From positions 224,001 to 288,000 of the forward strand of contig CAXXKT010000003.1 in assembly GCA_963662405.2 (NCBI GenBank): 64,000 bases of DNA, given 5' to 3'. The notes under the pieces are model-generated. The model had not been told where the DNA came from. It did not search any database and saw nothing but the letters and a program-made list of their open reading frames with translations. Positions 8,320 through 18,268 of the stretch are shown here, in pieces; within the stretch, counting starts at the first letter, position 1; every line of letters starts with the position of its first letter. This stretch comes from Syntrophales bacterium (lineage in GTDB: Bacteria; Desulfobacterota; Syntrophia; Syntrophales; UBA2210). Position numbers and translations under genes: made by a program.

Positions 8320-11300
8320 GTGTCGCTAAGCACAAACCTCATCAGTGGCCTTGCCACCGGCTTTGACTGGCGGAGCATGATCGATCAACTTGTCGCTATT
8401 GATTATGAACGGGTTGAACTCGTCGAAAACAAGGTGACCGAATATGAAGGGAAACTTGCCGAATGGCAGTCCTTCAATACCATGCTGCTTTCACTGAAAA
8501 CATCTGCTGAAAACCTGAAAGACACCGACGATTTCGCACGGTATACGACAAGAATGACCACCGACAACACGGATGTGAGTGCCTCCGATCTGCTCTCGGT
8601 TTCCGCTTCTTCATCTGCGGCCGAGGGCGTTTACTCCATTGTGGTGAAAGAAACGGCGTCGGCGCAACGGCTCTCGTCGGATTCCTTCTCAGATGCCACG
8701 GAGGCCCTGGGAGAATCTTATGCCGGTGACATCATAATCAACGGGTGCGTTATTACCATCGATGCTGCGGACAGCCTGACCAACATCATGGACAGTATCA
8801 ACAACGCGAACAGCGGAAGTAACCCCTGTGGTGTTACCGCCAGTATAGTCAGCTACAGCGACAGCGATTACCGGTTGGCATTGAACAGTGACGGCACGGG
8901 TGAGGACGGCATCAGCCTTTTGAACGGGAGTTCAACCGATATACTGAACGCCCTCGGGTTCATCGACAGCTCACGGGCCGTCAAGAATCATATCGCCGGC
9001 GGCGACAAGAGCGATACCTTTGCCAGCTCCATCATCTCCGTGCAAACCCTTCTGGGACTGAATGAGGCGCAGACATCGTCGGCGAGCGGGATCGAGATCA
9101 ACGGCGCCGGTATCGCCGCCATCGATCTTTCCACGGACACGCTCACGACGATCGCACAAAAGTTCGTCGCCGCGGGCATCGATGCATCGGTGATCACGGA
9201 AACGGTTGACGGTGAGGTGAACTACCGCATTTTCATAGAGGGAGGCGCCAACAGCTACGTCGATGAAAATAATATCCTGGAAACCCTGGGGATCATAGAA
9301 GGAGGGCTTTCCGATGTCATGGGTATCGAGAGCGATGTCGAAAATACCTCGGCGGGAGAGGCAATCACGGAGGAGACCCTGATATCCGAAATCGACGGCT
9401 ACACCGGATACGCGGCGGGCGATTACATCTACCTGAACGGAACCAAAACCGACGGCACGTCGGCGGGACTTCCCGATACCAGCCTTATCCTTTCCGACAC
9501 CACCACGGTGGGAGACCTCCTCGACCGGATCGAGACCCTCTTCGGCGATGTGACGGCGTCCGTCACCGGGGACGGCACGATTCAAATCGTGGACAACGGA
9601 TCGGGGGCAAGTACCCTGGCGGTCCAGATATCGGTAAAGAACTCAGGAGGGTCGGATGAGACCACCCTTTCCTTTGACGGCGACGGCGATATGGGAGCGG
9701 CGGTCTCTGTACGGGCGCGGGAAACCGTCGCGGGGACCGATGCATCGATTACCATCGACGGCGTGGCGATCACCAGTTCCGAAAACACCATTTCCGGTGC
9801 GCTCACCGGGGTTGATATCGATCTTTCAAAGGCCGACGAAGAGACCACCATTACACTCAACGTCACCCGCAACACCAGCGCCATTACTTCGAAAATCAAC
9901 TCCTTCGTCAGCAGCTACAACAGCGTCATGTCCTACATCAATGAACAGCAGGCCTACGATGAGGAGGAAGAAACAACGGGCGGGGTCCTCTTCGGCGACG
10001 GGACCCTTTCATCGGTGAAGACGGATCTGACGACAACCCTCCTGGAAACGGTATGGGGGGTATCCTCTGAGTTTTCCATAATGGGCCTCGCCGGTATCAA
10101 TGTCGATAAAGACGGCCTCCTCTCGGTCGATTCCGCCACGCTGAACGAGTATCTGGATACCAACTATAACGACATCAAGCTCCTCTTTGTGGCAAACGGC
10201 ACCGTCGGCGGATCGGACCTCGAATATATCTCCAGCAACGGCGACAGCACCGCCGGCGAATATACCGTTCATGTCGACCAGATTGCCACAAAGGCGAGCC
10301 GGACGGGGAGCGTCGATCTTTCGGGCGGACTTGCCGAAGATGTCACCCTTTCCATCACAGAATCGGGAAACACGGCGTATATCGAATTGACGGCGGGGAT
10401 GACCCTTGAGGAGATAATCGACACAATCAATACTGAAGCGGAAGATACCGTCGTGGAAACCCTGGTGGGGGCGGTTTCGCTCTACGAAGGATCGGGACGG
10501 AGCAGCGCCCTGACCGAGCAGACAACCTGGGAGGACGTATATGTCGGGGGCAATTCGGCCAATCTCCAGGATGGTGATATAATCACCTTTTCCGGGACCG
10601 ACCGATCGGGAGCCTCCGTTTCGGGTACCTACACGATTTCCGATACGTCCTCCGATACCGTTCAGGGTCTGCTCACGGTCGTAGAGGAAGCCTTTGACGG
10701 ATCGGTCACCGCCTCGATTGATGCGTCTGGTCGGATCTCCATCTCCGACACCGCCGAAGGGTCGAGCCAGCTCAGCCTTGCCTTCGATTATTCCGATGCC
10801 CATCAGCTGACCTTCGGTACCGTCGATGCAACCGAAGGAGCCGATGACGGCAGCGCGGAAGGACGCTGGGCCGTTCCCGTGACCGCATCCGACGACGGGA
10901 GCGGCCACCTGGTCCTCACCCATGAAAACTACGGGAGCACCATCGGCTTTTCGGTTTCGGTAACCGGTGCCACGACCATTCAGGAGATCAGTGTTTCCGA
11001 CACCACCGTGGCAACGTCGGCGTCATCGGGTGAAATCTTTTCCGACGGATCGACGACATGGAACGATCTCTTCGACACCACAGTGGGCGAAACCGACACC
11101 ATCACCATCGCCGGCACCACCCACGACGGCACGGAGGTGGGTCCGCAGAGTTACAGTCTTTACAATGCCGGTGCCTTCCAGGATATCGACAGTCTGCTGA
11201 CCGCAATCGAAGCCGCCTTCACCACTGCGGGGGGATCGGTGGACGCCCGCATCGATGACGGAAAGATCATCGTGGAAGACCTGGAAACGGGGGACGGCAA

Positions 11301-11829
11301 CCTGTCGCTTATCCTGACCTGCAATAACGAGGGGGAAGATTCCGACCTCGATCTGGGCCTGTTCGACGGGGATGCCACGGAACAGCACGATCTGACGCTG
11401 GGGCTCATCAGCGGTATCGAGTACGGTCTCGATGTCGCAGGCACCATCGACGGGGAAATCGCCTCCGGATCGGGCCGGATCCTGAAGGCGACAACGGGAC
11501 TTGCCGAGGGGATCAGCGTCAAATACACGGGGACCGACACCGGTGTCGATGTGGGAACGGTCAAGCTGACCACCGGTGTGGCCGAGCTCTTCGACCGGGT
11601 CCTTGAAGGTATTACCGATCCCATCGACGGTTATGTGGCCTTCAAGCAGGAATCCCTCAGCAACAGCGTCGATTCCTTTGAGGATCAGATCGATCGCATG
11701 ACCGAACTGCTGAACCAGAAGATGGAACGAATGATCAACCAGTTCGTGGCTATGGAACTGGCGATCAGTCAGATCCAGACGTCGAGTGAGTGGCTGTCCA
11801 GTCAACTTGAAGCACTGAATCGTCGTTGA
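8320..11829 (+). CDS. fliD: flagellar filament cap protein, unusually large (~1170 aa)
   Basis: N-term ISGLATGFDWRSMIDQL, FVSSYN...GVLFGD, C-term QFVAMELAISQIQ; GTG start after AAGGAG; precedes fliS. Confidence 0.93.
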   Translation: MSLSTNLISGLATGFDWRSMIDQLVAIDYERVELVENKVTEYEGKLAEWQSFNTMLLSLKTSAENLKDTDDFARYTTRMTTDNTDVSASDLLSVSASSSAAEGVYSIVVKETASAQRLSSDSFSDATEALGESYAGDIIINGCVITIDAADSLTNIMDSINNANSGSNPCGVTASIVSYSDSDYRLALNSDGTGEDGISLLNGSSTDILNALGFIDSSRAVKNHIAGGDKSDTFASSIISVQTLLGLNEAQTSSASGIEINGAGIAAIDLSTDTLTTIAQKFVAAGIDASVITETVDGEVNYRIFIEGGANSYVDENNILETLGIIEGGLSDVMGIESDVENTSAGEAITEETLISEIDGYTGYAAGDYIYLNGTKTDGTSAGLPDTSLILSDTTTVGDLLDRIETLFGDVTASVTGDGTIQIVDNGSGASTLAVQISVKNSGGSDETTLSFDGDGDMGAAVSVRARETVAGTDASITIDGVAITSSENTISGALTGVDIDLSKADEETTITLNVTRNTSAITSKINSFVSSYNSVMSYINEQQAYDEEEETTGGVLFGDGTLSSVKTDLTTTLLETVWGVSSEFSIMGLAGINVDKDGLLSVDSATLNEYLDTNYNDIKLLFVANGTVGGSDLEYISSNGDSTAGEYTVHVDQIATKASRTGSVDLSGGLAEDVTLSITESGNTAYIELTAGMTLEEIIDTINTEAEDTVVETLVGAVSLYEGSGRSSALTEQTTWEDVYVGGNSANLQDGDIITFSGTDRSGASVSGTYTISDTSSDTVQGLLTVVEEAFDGSVTASIDASGRISISDTAEGSSQLSLAFDYSDAHQLTFGTVDATEGADDGSAEGRWAVPVTASDDGSGHLVLTHENYGSTIGFSVSVTGATTIQEISVSDTTVATSASSGEIFSDGSTTWNDLFDTTVGETDTITIAGTTHDGTEVGPQSYSLYNAGAFQDIDSLLTAIEAAFTTAGGSVDARIDDGKIIVEDLETGDGNLSLILTCNNEGEDSDLDLGLFDGDATEQHDLTLGLISGIEYGLDVAGTIDGEIASGSGRILKATTGLAEGISVKYTGTDTGVDVGTVKLTTGVAELFDRVLEGITDPIDGYVAFKQESLSNSVDSFEDQIDRMTELLNQKMERMINQFVAMELAISQIQTSSEWLSSQLEALNRR

Positions 11830-11878
11830 TGGTGTGCGGGTTGATAACCTGAAAATGTAACGGAGAGGAAAACGATTT

Positions 11879-12325
11879 ATGTACGGAAGCAACAGCGGGA
11901 TCAATATGTACAGGCGAGCGCATGTCACAACGGCAGACCCCTTGAAACTGGTGGTGATGTGCTATGAGGGAGCGGTCAAGAACATGAAGACGGCGCGGGA
12001 AAAACACCTTTCCGGGGAATATGAGGCCAAGGGAAAGGCGATCCTGAAGGTCCATGATATACTCGGGCTCCTCATGCAATCCCTCGACTTCGAGAAGGGA
12101 GGGGAGGTGGCCCGGAATCTGAACGATCTGTATATCTATATGCAGCGGCGCATCACCGAAGGGGATCTGAAACGGGATTTGAAGGCCTTCGATGAGGTGA
12201 TCTCCATGCTCGAGAAGCTCGCGTCGGGGTGGAAAGAGAACGATTCGGCCCGGCTGAATCATGACACGAATCCCGAACCGGCCCCTCCCAGGGAAGAGGG
12301 AGTCAGGATAGCCGGAGCGTATTGA
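11879..12325 (+). CDS. fliS: flagellin export chaperone
   Basis: VTTADPLKLVVMCYEGA, LDFEKGGEVARNLNDLY motifs. Confidence 0.95.
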   Translation: MYGSNSGINMYRRAHVTTADPLKLVVMCYEGAVKNMKTAREKHLSGEYEAKGKAILKVHDILGLLMQSLDFEKGGEVARNLNDLYIYMQRRITEGDLKRDLKAFDEVISMLEKLASGWKENDSARLNHDTNPEPAPPREEGVRIAGAY

Positions 12326-12326
12326 T

Positions 12327-12776
12327 ATGCAGGCACGGAAACTGTGCGATCTATTGGAGCAGAAGCGGGAGGCCTTCGAAGGGTTTCTCTCGGCGACCCA
12401 GTCACTCGGGGTGGTGCCCGATTTTCAGAATAACAGAAAGGAGATCTCACTGCTCCTGAATGAGCGTCGGAAGTGCATCAAGATGATTGACCGGATTGAC
12501 GGGCAGATCAACACCATCCGGAAAGAATCCCCTTCTTTCATGTCACGACTGTCGAAGGAGGAAAAAAAACGGATCGCCCGTATCACGGCACTGATCGGGA
12601 AAGTTGCGGTGAACGCGGAACGGATCAACAGGGAATGTGAAGCGACCGTTACGCGGTGGCGCGATGATTTCAAGGGGAGCATCGACGCCCTTCGCCGGAG
12701 TCAACTCAGTATCCGCTCCAACACACGCAAGGCGTATCGGGAAGACCAACCGAAATTTTTGGATATTACGCTCTAA
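12327..12776 (+). CDS. helical FliT/FlgN-like chaperone
   Basis: 149-aa coiled-coil protein in the fliT position directly after fliS. Confidence 0.55.
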   Translation: MQARKLCDLLEQKREAFEGFLSATQSLGVVPDFQNNRKEISLLLNERRKCIKMIDRIDGQINTIRKESPSFMSRLSKEEKKRIARITALIGKVAVNAERINRECEATVTRWRDDFKGSIDALRRSQLSIRSNTRKAYREDQPKFLDITL

Positions 12777-12780
12777 CCGT

Positions 12781-12807
12781 TAAAGTTTGTACGAAAAATG
12801 TCGATAT
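12781..12807 (+). promoter_or_regulatory. sigma28 promoter of flaG
   Basis: TAAA-N15-GTCGATAT. Confidence 0.75.
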
Positions 12808-12849
12808 TACAGGTAAGGAAGAATAACGGTATGTAAAGGACGTGGCGTT

Positions 12850-13194
12850 ATGGACGTTACCAGTAGTGGAACCGGCATCCAGGTGTCGATGCCCGTTGAC
12901 GCGTCTTCCCCCCAACAGGTGGGGGCGGTGGCTCAGCGGTCGAACGCGGAGAACTCACCCGACCAATCACCCCGGCTCGCTCAGGAAGAAGCTGAGGAGG
13001 TGCGGGAACACGCGAACAGTAGGGACGTAAGCCTCTCCTTTTCCACCTATGGCAAGAAGAACGAGAAGATCTCGGTCAAGGTCATCGATAAGGAGACGGG
13101 CGAGGTTATACGAGAGGTCCCTTCGGAAGAACTCCAGCAGTTATCCGGCAAGTTGGAGGAGATTGCGGGCATGGTCTTTGATGGGACGGTGTAG
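12850..13194 (+). CDS. flaG: FlaG family protein
   Basis: VKVIDKETGEVIREVPSEE signature. Confidence 0.92.
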   Translation: MDVTSSGTGIQVSMPVDASSPQQVGAVAQRSNAENSPDQSPRLAQEEAEEVREHANSRDVSLSFSTYGKKNEKISVKVIDKETGEVIREVPSEELQQLSGKLEEIAGMVFDGTV

Positions 13195-13211
13195 CGCTTT
13201 TTCACGGGTGC

Positions 13212-13808
13212 TCATTCCCGTTCTTTCATGTCCGAGTTCACACGGAGCAATTCTCTCTGACGTTTGAATACGTATCTGATGATCATCTCTCGGTCGCCTT
13301 CGGACAGCCCGACAAAGTGGACAGCGATGCTGTAGCCGTTCTCCGCGGCGAGTTTCTTTGATGAGACCACCTTTCCCAGTACCGTTATCCAGGTGCTTGA
13401 GACCAGGGGAAGGAAGATCCTCAGCGCAAGGATGTCGCCGATCGCGAATGACTGATCCGCGGTGAATCTCATCCCGGAACCGCTGATATTGACATATTCA
13501 GTCCCGACGGATGCGTATCGGGCGGTGGTGTCCGTGCTTTCAAGTATTTCCAGGATACGGTCCATCTTCAGGTTTGCCTGATATATCAACTTGTAGAGGA
13601 GTTCGAGCGTGATCTCTTCGATCTCGGGCGCTCTCAGGGGCTCCCCGAAGATCCGTTTGCAGATGCCTTCACAGTTCCCCTCGTATTTCTGATAGTCCTG
13701 TTGTAACACGTGTTGGTAGTCGACCCGGAGCAGGTCGTCCACCCGCATGTATTTTCGTTGTTTGTTATCGTTCCTCGATCTTTCCCACAGCTGTTTTACA
13801 TCGATCAT
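13212..13808 (-). CDS. PilZ-domain c-di-GMP receptor
   Basis: RKYMR (RxxxR) and NISGSG ((D/N)xSxxG) motifs; start moved to ATG 13808 behind GGGGAGAGG. Confidence 0.88.
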   Translation of the reverse strand: MIDVKQLWERSRNDNKQRKYMRVDDLLRVDYQHVLQQDYQKYEGNCEGICKRIFGEPLRAPEIEEITLELLYKLIYQANLKMDRILEILESTDTTARYASVGTEYVNISGSGMRFTADQSFAIGDILALRIFLPLVSSTWITVLGKVVSSKKLAAENGYSIAVHFVGLSEGDREMIIRYVFKRQRELLRVNSDMKERE

Positions 13809-13988
13809 GACTGACGACCTCTCCCCTTTCAAAAGGGCTCGCTTGTGCGGGGGTGGTGTCAATTTTATGTCACCCTCCGCCGTCGTTATCCCCCGAGGCC
13901 CTCGAGGATAACGGATCGCGTTCCTCCGTCCGCAGCGCTCACAGGCCCCGATTCTGTTTTGGCTTATTTTCTTCGGGAATCAAGGAGA

Positions 13989-14004
13989 AGCATTTTTTGT
14001 GCCA
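13989..14004 (-). promoter_or_regulatory. sigma54 promoter of the PilZ gene
   Basis: Minus strand TGGCAC-AAAAA-ATGCT with correct GG/GC spacing. Confidence 0.65.
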
Positions 14005-14091
14005 TCTCTTCATGCTTGTGAAATACCCCGTACGGGAAGTGGCTTGTGATCCGACTCCGTTTTTTGGCGGGCGGGTGCTCCGGCGGCTTTT

Positions 14092-15147
14092 CTAGCAGTA
14101 AAGCGCTCGGCAGGTTGGTATAAATACGCCGACAATTTCCTTGTCGAACTGACTGCTCCGATTCCGATACAGTTCGCCCATCGCCACGTCTATGTCCAGT
14201 GCTTCTCGATAGGGGCGATTCGAAATCATGGCGTCGAAGGAGTCCGCCACGCTGAGGATCCGTGAGAGAAAGGGAATTTCTTCTCCCGCAAGTCCGTCGG
14301 GGTATCCCTTCCCGTCCCACCGCTCGTGATGATGGCGGATGATCTTTCTCTCGGTGTCCATAAGCATGACCGGTTTCAGTATGTCTTCCCCGATAAGCGG
14401 GTGTCTCTTGATGACGGTATATTCTTCATGTGTCAGGCGACCGTTCTTGAGGAGTATATTGTCCGGTATGGCGATCTTCCCGACGTCATGCAACATGGCG
14501 GCGATCCTGAGGGATTCGATCTCCTTTTCAGAGCAGTGCAGGGCCTCGGCGGTCTTGACGGCGAGGTGAGAGACATTCGCCGAATGCCTCTTGGTATAGT
14601 GATCGCGGAGATGGATTGACGTGATCAGCGATTGAAAGGTGTCGGTGGTATTGGAATAGACACTCTCGTACAGGATTTTGTTCTCCATGTTCAGAGAGGA
14701 TCGTTTCGTCAGCGTGCGAATATACCGCAGATCCGACTGGTTCAATCTCTTTCCGTCTTTCCCGCCAACCAGGCTCAGAACGCCGAAGACGGTCCCCCGT
14801 ATCTTGAGCGGGGCGCAGATGGCGGAGGAGGTCAAAGGGGTATCGGGACCGACAAGAATCGCCTCTCCCCCCTCGACGACTTCTTCGAACAATATATTCA
14901 GGTCAGGGGGAATATGGACATCCTTTTGCTCATCCGATGACCTTCCGACCACCTTGAAACGCCCCCGCCCTTCTCTCCCGTCGAGGAGGGCAAGGAGACA
15001 TTCTTGCCCCCCGGTCACCTGGAGAGCAAGGGAAGCAATCTCCTGGAAGATATCATCATTCTCATCGGTCATGCCCTCGATTGAGTCGTAGATGTACTCC
15101 AGTGTGAACAGGGTCTCGATGGCATTGGTCAAACCTGTGTCATTCAT
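14092..15147 (-). CDS. GAF + HD-GYP cyclic dinucleotide phosphodiesterase
   Basis: LHDVGKI, HHERWDGKGYPDGL, ADSFDAM motifs; N-terminal GAF-like region (ICAPLKIRGTVFGVL); start uncertain. Confidence 0.9.
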   Translation of the reverse strand: MNDTGLTNAIETLFTLEYIYDSIEGMTDENDDIFQEIASLALQVTGGQECLLALLDGREGRGRFKVVGRSSDEQKDVHIPPDLNILFEEVVEGGEAILVGPDTPLTSSAICAPLKIRGTVFGVLSLVGGKDGKRLNQSDLRYIRTLTKRSSLNMENKILYESVYSNTTDTFQSLITSIHLRDHYTKRHSANVSHLAVKTAEALHCSEKEIESLRIAAMLHDVGKIAIPDNILLKNGRLTHEEYTVIKRHPLIGEDILKPVMLMDTERKIIRHHHERWDGKGYPDGLAGEEIPFLSRILSVADSFDAMISNRPYREALDIDVAMGELYRNRSSQFDKEIVGVFIPTCRALYC

Positions 15148-15181
15148 AAGATCGATCCCGGGAAATGTGGTTGGTGTCCGT

Positions 15182-15394
15182 TTAAGCGGATTCACCGCTC
15201 CTGAGCAGGGTATCCAGCAGGCTGTATGAAATCTTCTCGAAGGCCTCTTTTTTGTTCCCACCGGATGATGACAAGGTCACCACATCGGTATATCTTCCGG
15301 GATCCTCACGCTCCGGCCGTACCGGATTGCCCGGCTTCGACTGCTTGCCGTACGCCTTGAGAACACTCTCGACATGATATGTCGATATCGTCAC
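15182..15394 (-). CDS. small protein resembling the DVU0524-like FlgM-associated family
   Basis: 70-aa ORF MTISTYHVESVLKAYGKQ...DVVTLSS; GGGAG RBS; directly downstream of a sigma28 promoter. Confidence 0.65.
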   Translation of the reverse strand: MTISTYHVESVLKAYGKQSKPGNPVRPEREDPGRYTDVVTLSSSGGNKKEAFEKISYSLLDTLLRSGESA

Positions 15395-15441
15395 GCTATA
15401 TTCTCCCTGTGGATAGTGTCGGGTTCACCCTCTTACTTGGC

Positions 15442-15468
15442 TAATCGGCATCGGGATGCTAATCTTTA
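15442..15468 (-). promoter_or_regulatory. sigma28 promoter
   Basis: Minus strand TAAA-N15-GCCGATTA. Confidence 0.85.
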
Positions 15469-15521
15469 GATAAATACGCCTTTTCTTGTAGTGAGGTGCG
15501 GAAATCCCCGAGAGAAACACG

Positions 15522-15537
15522 TGGTATATAAATTGCT
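15522..15537 (+). promoter_or_regulatory. sigma54 promoter of the SPOR-TPR/activator operon
   Basis: TGGTAT-ATAAA-TTGCT. Confidence 0.75.
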
Positions 15538-15567
15538 TTGTGCTGAAAGGGCATACAAAACAAGACC

Positions 15568-18174
15568 ATGACTGTGACGGTGATGATGTTGCTCAGACGA
15601 AAGATACGATATAATAACCTGTTTTTCCTTGCTTTGGGAATATGCCTCATCATTGTGCCCTGTGCCGAGGGTTCCGTCGAGGAGGGATGCTACAGCGTTC
15701 AAGTGGCCTCCTATCGGAATATTGACGGTGCGATGTCACTGATCACGCTCCTCAAAAAACAGGGGTATAATCCCTTCCCCCGGACGGTCGAGATCCCCGG
15801 TAAAGGGGAGTGGAAACGTGTCTGCGTGGGGAGGTATCGAACCCGGGAAGAGGCGCTCCGGGCCGGTGAAACGCTGAGAGAACGGGGGATAATCAACCAT
15901 TTCCTGATCGTCCAGGTTGCTCTGGAGACAAGGGTATCCGTGCCGAACGAAAAGACAGCGGCGAAGAAGCCTGTAATCGAAACAGGGACCAATACCGGAG
16001 CCGACGCCGATGCCGATGCAACGATCAAGATCACGGCCGATACGATTACCAGGACCCATGCCGATACCGGGATCGCTCCGGGTACACGCATGACGATTTC
16101 ACCCTTGCCCCCCGTTCTGTTACGGAAAAAGATCTCCGCCGCTCCCGCTTCTCCGGAAAGCGAAGCGGTCACCGGAAAAACGGCAAAGGCCGACCCTTCT
16201 CCTCGGGGGACGGTGAAGGGCATGGCCCAGGATCTCCGCACCGGCGCCCTGGAGGATTTCGCATCCGGAAGGTATGAGGAGGCATTGCGCAAGTTCAGGA
16301 AGGTCGTCGTGACCGGGAAAGGGAAAGATGAAACCATCCTGAGGCGTATGGCCGATTGCCATTATTTCCTGGGGGAAGAGGGTGATACGGAGCATACCTC
16401 GAAGGCTATCGATTCCTATCGGGAGATTATCCGCGCTTATCCCGGCAATAATCCTGAGAATGCCCGTGTTACCTATCGACTGGCTGACGGGTACCGCCGT
16501 TTGAACCTCCAATACGAGGCGCTCGCCGAGTTCAAGAACAGCTACCTCAACTATCCCGAATCGGAATATACCCCGGAATCGTTATACCTGATGGCTTCCA
16601 TAACGTATGAGGCAAAGAGATTTGATGAGGCGGTCGAGCTGTTCAAAGAGTACATAAAACGGTTTCCAAAAGGCACTCATATCAAAGAGGCCTATTTTCG
16701 TGTGGGAGATTGCTATTCCCGGATGCGCCAATTTCATGACGCTGATGTCTGGTATAATAACGCCCTGAAACGGTGGCCCGTCTTAGAGGAAGTCCCCCGG
16801 GACGCACTCCTGCGGTTGGGTGAATACCGTTTTCAGATCGGCCGCTACGATGATGCGGCGGAGATCCTCTTGACCTACCTGAACCTCTTCCCCGAGGGGG
16901 ACCATGCCAAAAATGCCCTCTACACGGTCGCGCGTTCTTATGAGCAGACGGATCGGATTCCCTCCGCCCTGAAGATTTTCAGTTTGGTGATCGAACGGTA
17001 TCCGGGAAGCAGTGAGGCAAAAGAGAGCGCGCTCGCCATGGCCAACATGGGGGTTGAGAGGCCGGGAATACCGGTTCCGGAACATATCTTTGCCGGAATG
17101 GACTGTTACCGTGATCCGATCGAGGCATATGACGAGATGGCGGGGACCTTTTCTGACCCGAAGATGAGAGAGGAAGCGATGTCCCGGAAGGTGTCCGCCC
17201 TCATGAAAGGGGGGCGGTACCGGGAGGCCTTCGATGCGGGATGTCTGCTCCTGACGATCTTTCCCAAGGGAAAACACCGGAAGGCGGGAAAGGAACAGCT
17301 GATTGTCGCGGCGGGAAACCTGATAGACGGCCATTATACGAAGGGGGATTATATCGCCGTTGTTGACCTGTACTTCAATCTCGACAAGGATGTGCTGTTC
17401 GAGAAAGGGGGCTTTGAGATGCTGTCTCAAATCGGCAGGAGCCTGAAGGAGATGGATCTGTTGGATGAGGCAGCCGAATTTTTCGAGAAGATGGCCCTCG
17501 CCGTGAAGGACGATCCAAAGAGTCGCATCCTTTCCGTCGAGATGGCCCGAATCGATTATGAGAGAGGTCGATATTCGGATGCGAAACAGCGGCTGCAGGC
17601 CGTAATCGAAAAATGGCCCGAAATCGACAACGGGACGACCATGACCGCCCGGAGAGTAATGGGCGATATCGCCTATGCGGAAGAATCCTATAAAAAAGCC
17701 GCAGGGTACTACTCCGTGGTCCTCGGTTCCGGGAAAGACCCTGCCGCAGAGATGACCGTCCGCAAACGGTATGCCGATGTCCTGAGAGAGATGGGGATGT
17801 ATGCCTCCGCGTTGGTGAACTACCGGAGGGTCGTCACCGGATGCGACGATACCGTCGGGTGTTGTCCTCTCCCCGTGGTGATGAATTCGTATGAGGGCTT
17901 GGGGGATTGCCTGTACCGGAAAGGACAGTATCGGCAGGCAATACGAATGTACCTGCAGTCTCTGGACGGTATCCCCGCGGAAGAACGAAACCGGTGGACT
18001 ATCGCTGATATCGGGCGAGGATACGCTCATTTGGGCGGTACGAGCGTCCCCGGTGAACAGCCGATTTCACTCCAAACGGAAGCCGACGATCCGTTTTGGT
18101 CTCGGGTGATGGATTATTACCGGGCCGATAGCGATTGGACCGACAAATATGGCCCCTACATTCGGGACTCCTAG
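15568..18174 (+). CDS. exported SPOR-domain + multi-TPR protein
   Basis: Signal-peptide-like N-term, SPOR-like YSVQVASYRN...WKRVCVGRYRTREEA, low-complexity linker, many TPRs; exact start uncertain. Confidence 0.8.
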   Translation: MTVTVMMLLRRKIRYNNLFFLALGICLIIVPCAEGSVEEGCYSVQVASYRNIDGAMSLITLLKKQGYNPFPRTVEIPGKGEWKRVCVGRYRTREEALRAGETLRERGIINHFLIVQVALETRVSVPNEKTAAKKPVIETGTNTGADADADATIKITADTITRTHADTGIAPGTRMTISPLPPVLLRKKISAAPASPESEAVTGKTAKADPSPRGTVKGMAQDLRTGALEDFASGRYEEALRKFRKVVVTGKGKDETILRRMADCHYFLGEEGDTEHTSKAIDSYREIIRAYPGNNPENARVTYRLADGYRRLNLQYEALAEFKNSYLNYPESEYTPESLYLMASITYEAKRFDEAVELFKEYIKRFPKGTHIKEAYFRVGDCYSRMRQFHDADVWYNNALKRWPVLEEVPRDALLRLGEYRFQIGRYDDAAEILLTYLNLFPEGDHAKNALYTVARSYEQTDRIPSALKIFSLVIERYPGSSEAKESALAMANMGVERPGIPVPEHIFAGMDCYRDPIEAYDEMAGTFSDPKMREEAMSRKVSALMKGGRYREAFDAGCLLLTIFPKGKHRKAGKEQLIVAAGNLIDGHYTKGDYIAVVDLYFNLDKDVLFEKGGFEMLSQIGRSLKEMDLLDEAAEFFEKMALAVKDDPKSRILSVEMARIDYERGRYSDAKQRLQAVIEKWPEIDNGTTMTARRVMGDIAYAEESYKKAAGYYSVVLGSGKDPAAEMTVRKRYADVLREMGMYASALVNYRRVVTGCDDTVGCCPLPVVMNSYEGLGDCLYRKGQYRQAIRMYLQSLDGIPAEERNRWTIADIGRGYAHLGGTSVPGEQPISLQTEADDPFWSRVMDYYRADSDWTDKYGPYIRDS

Positions 18175-18268
18175 ACGAACGAGGACACGGGGAAAGACAA
18201 TAAGTGCGTGGTTGTCCCCCGGAAACGGGACTGTTCGCATCTGCCGGTTTCATTGATTTGAGCGAGTT

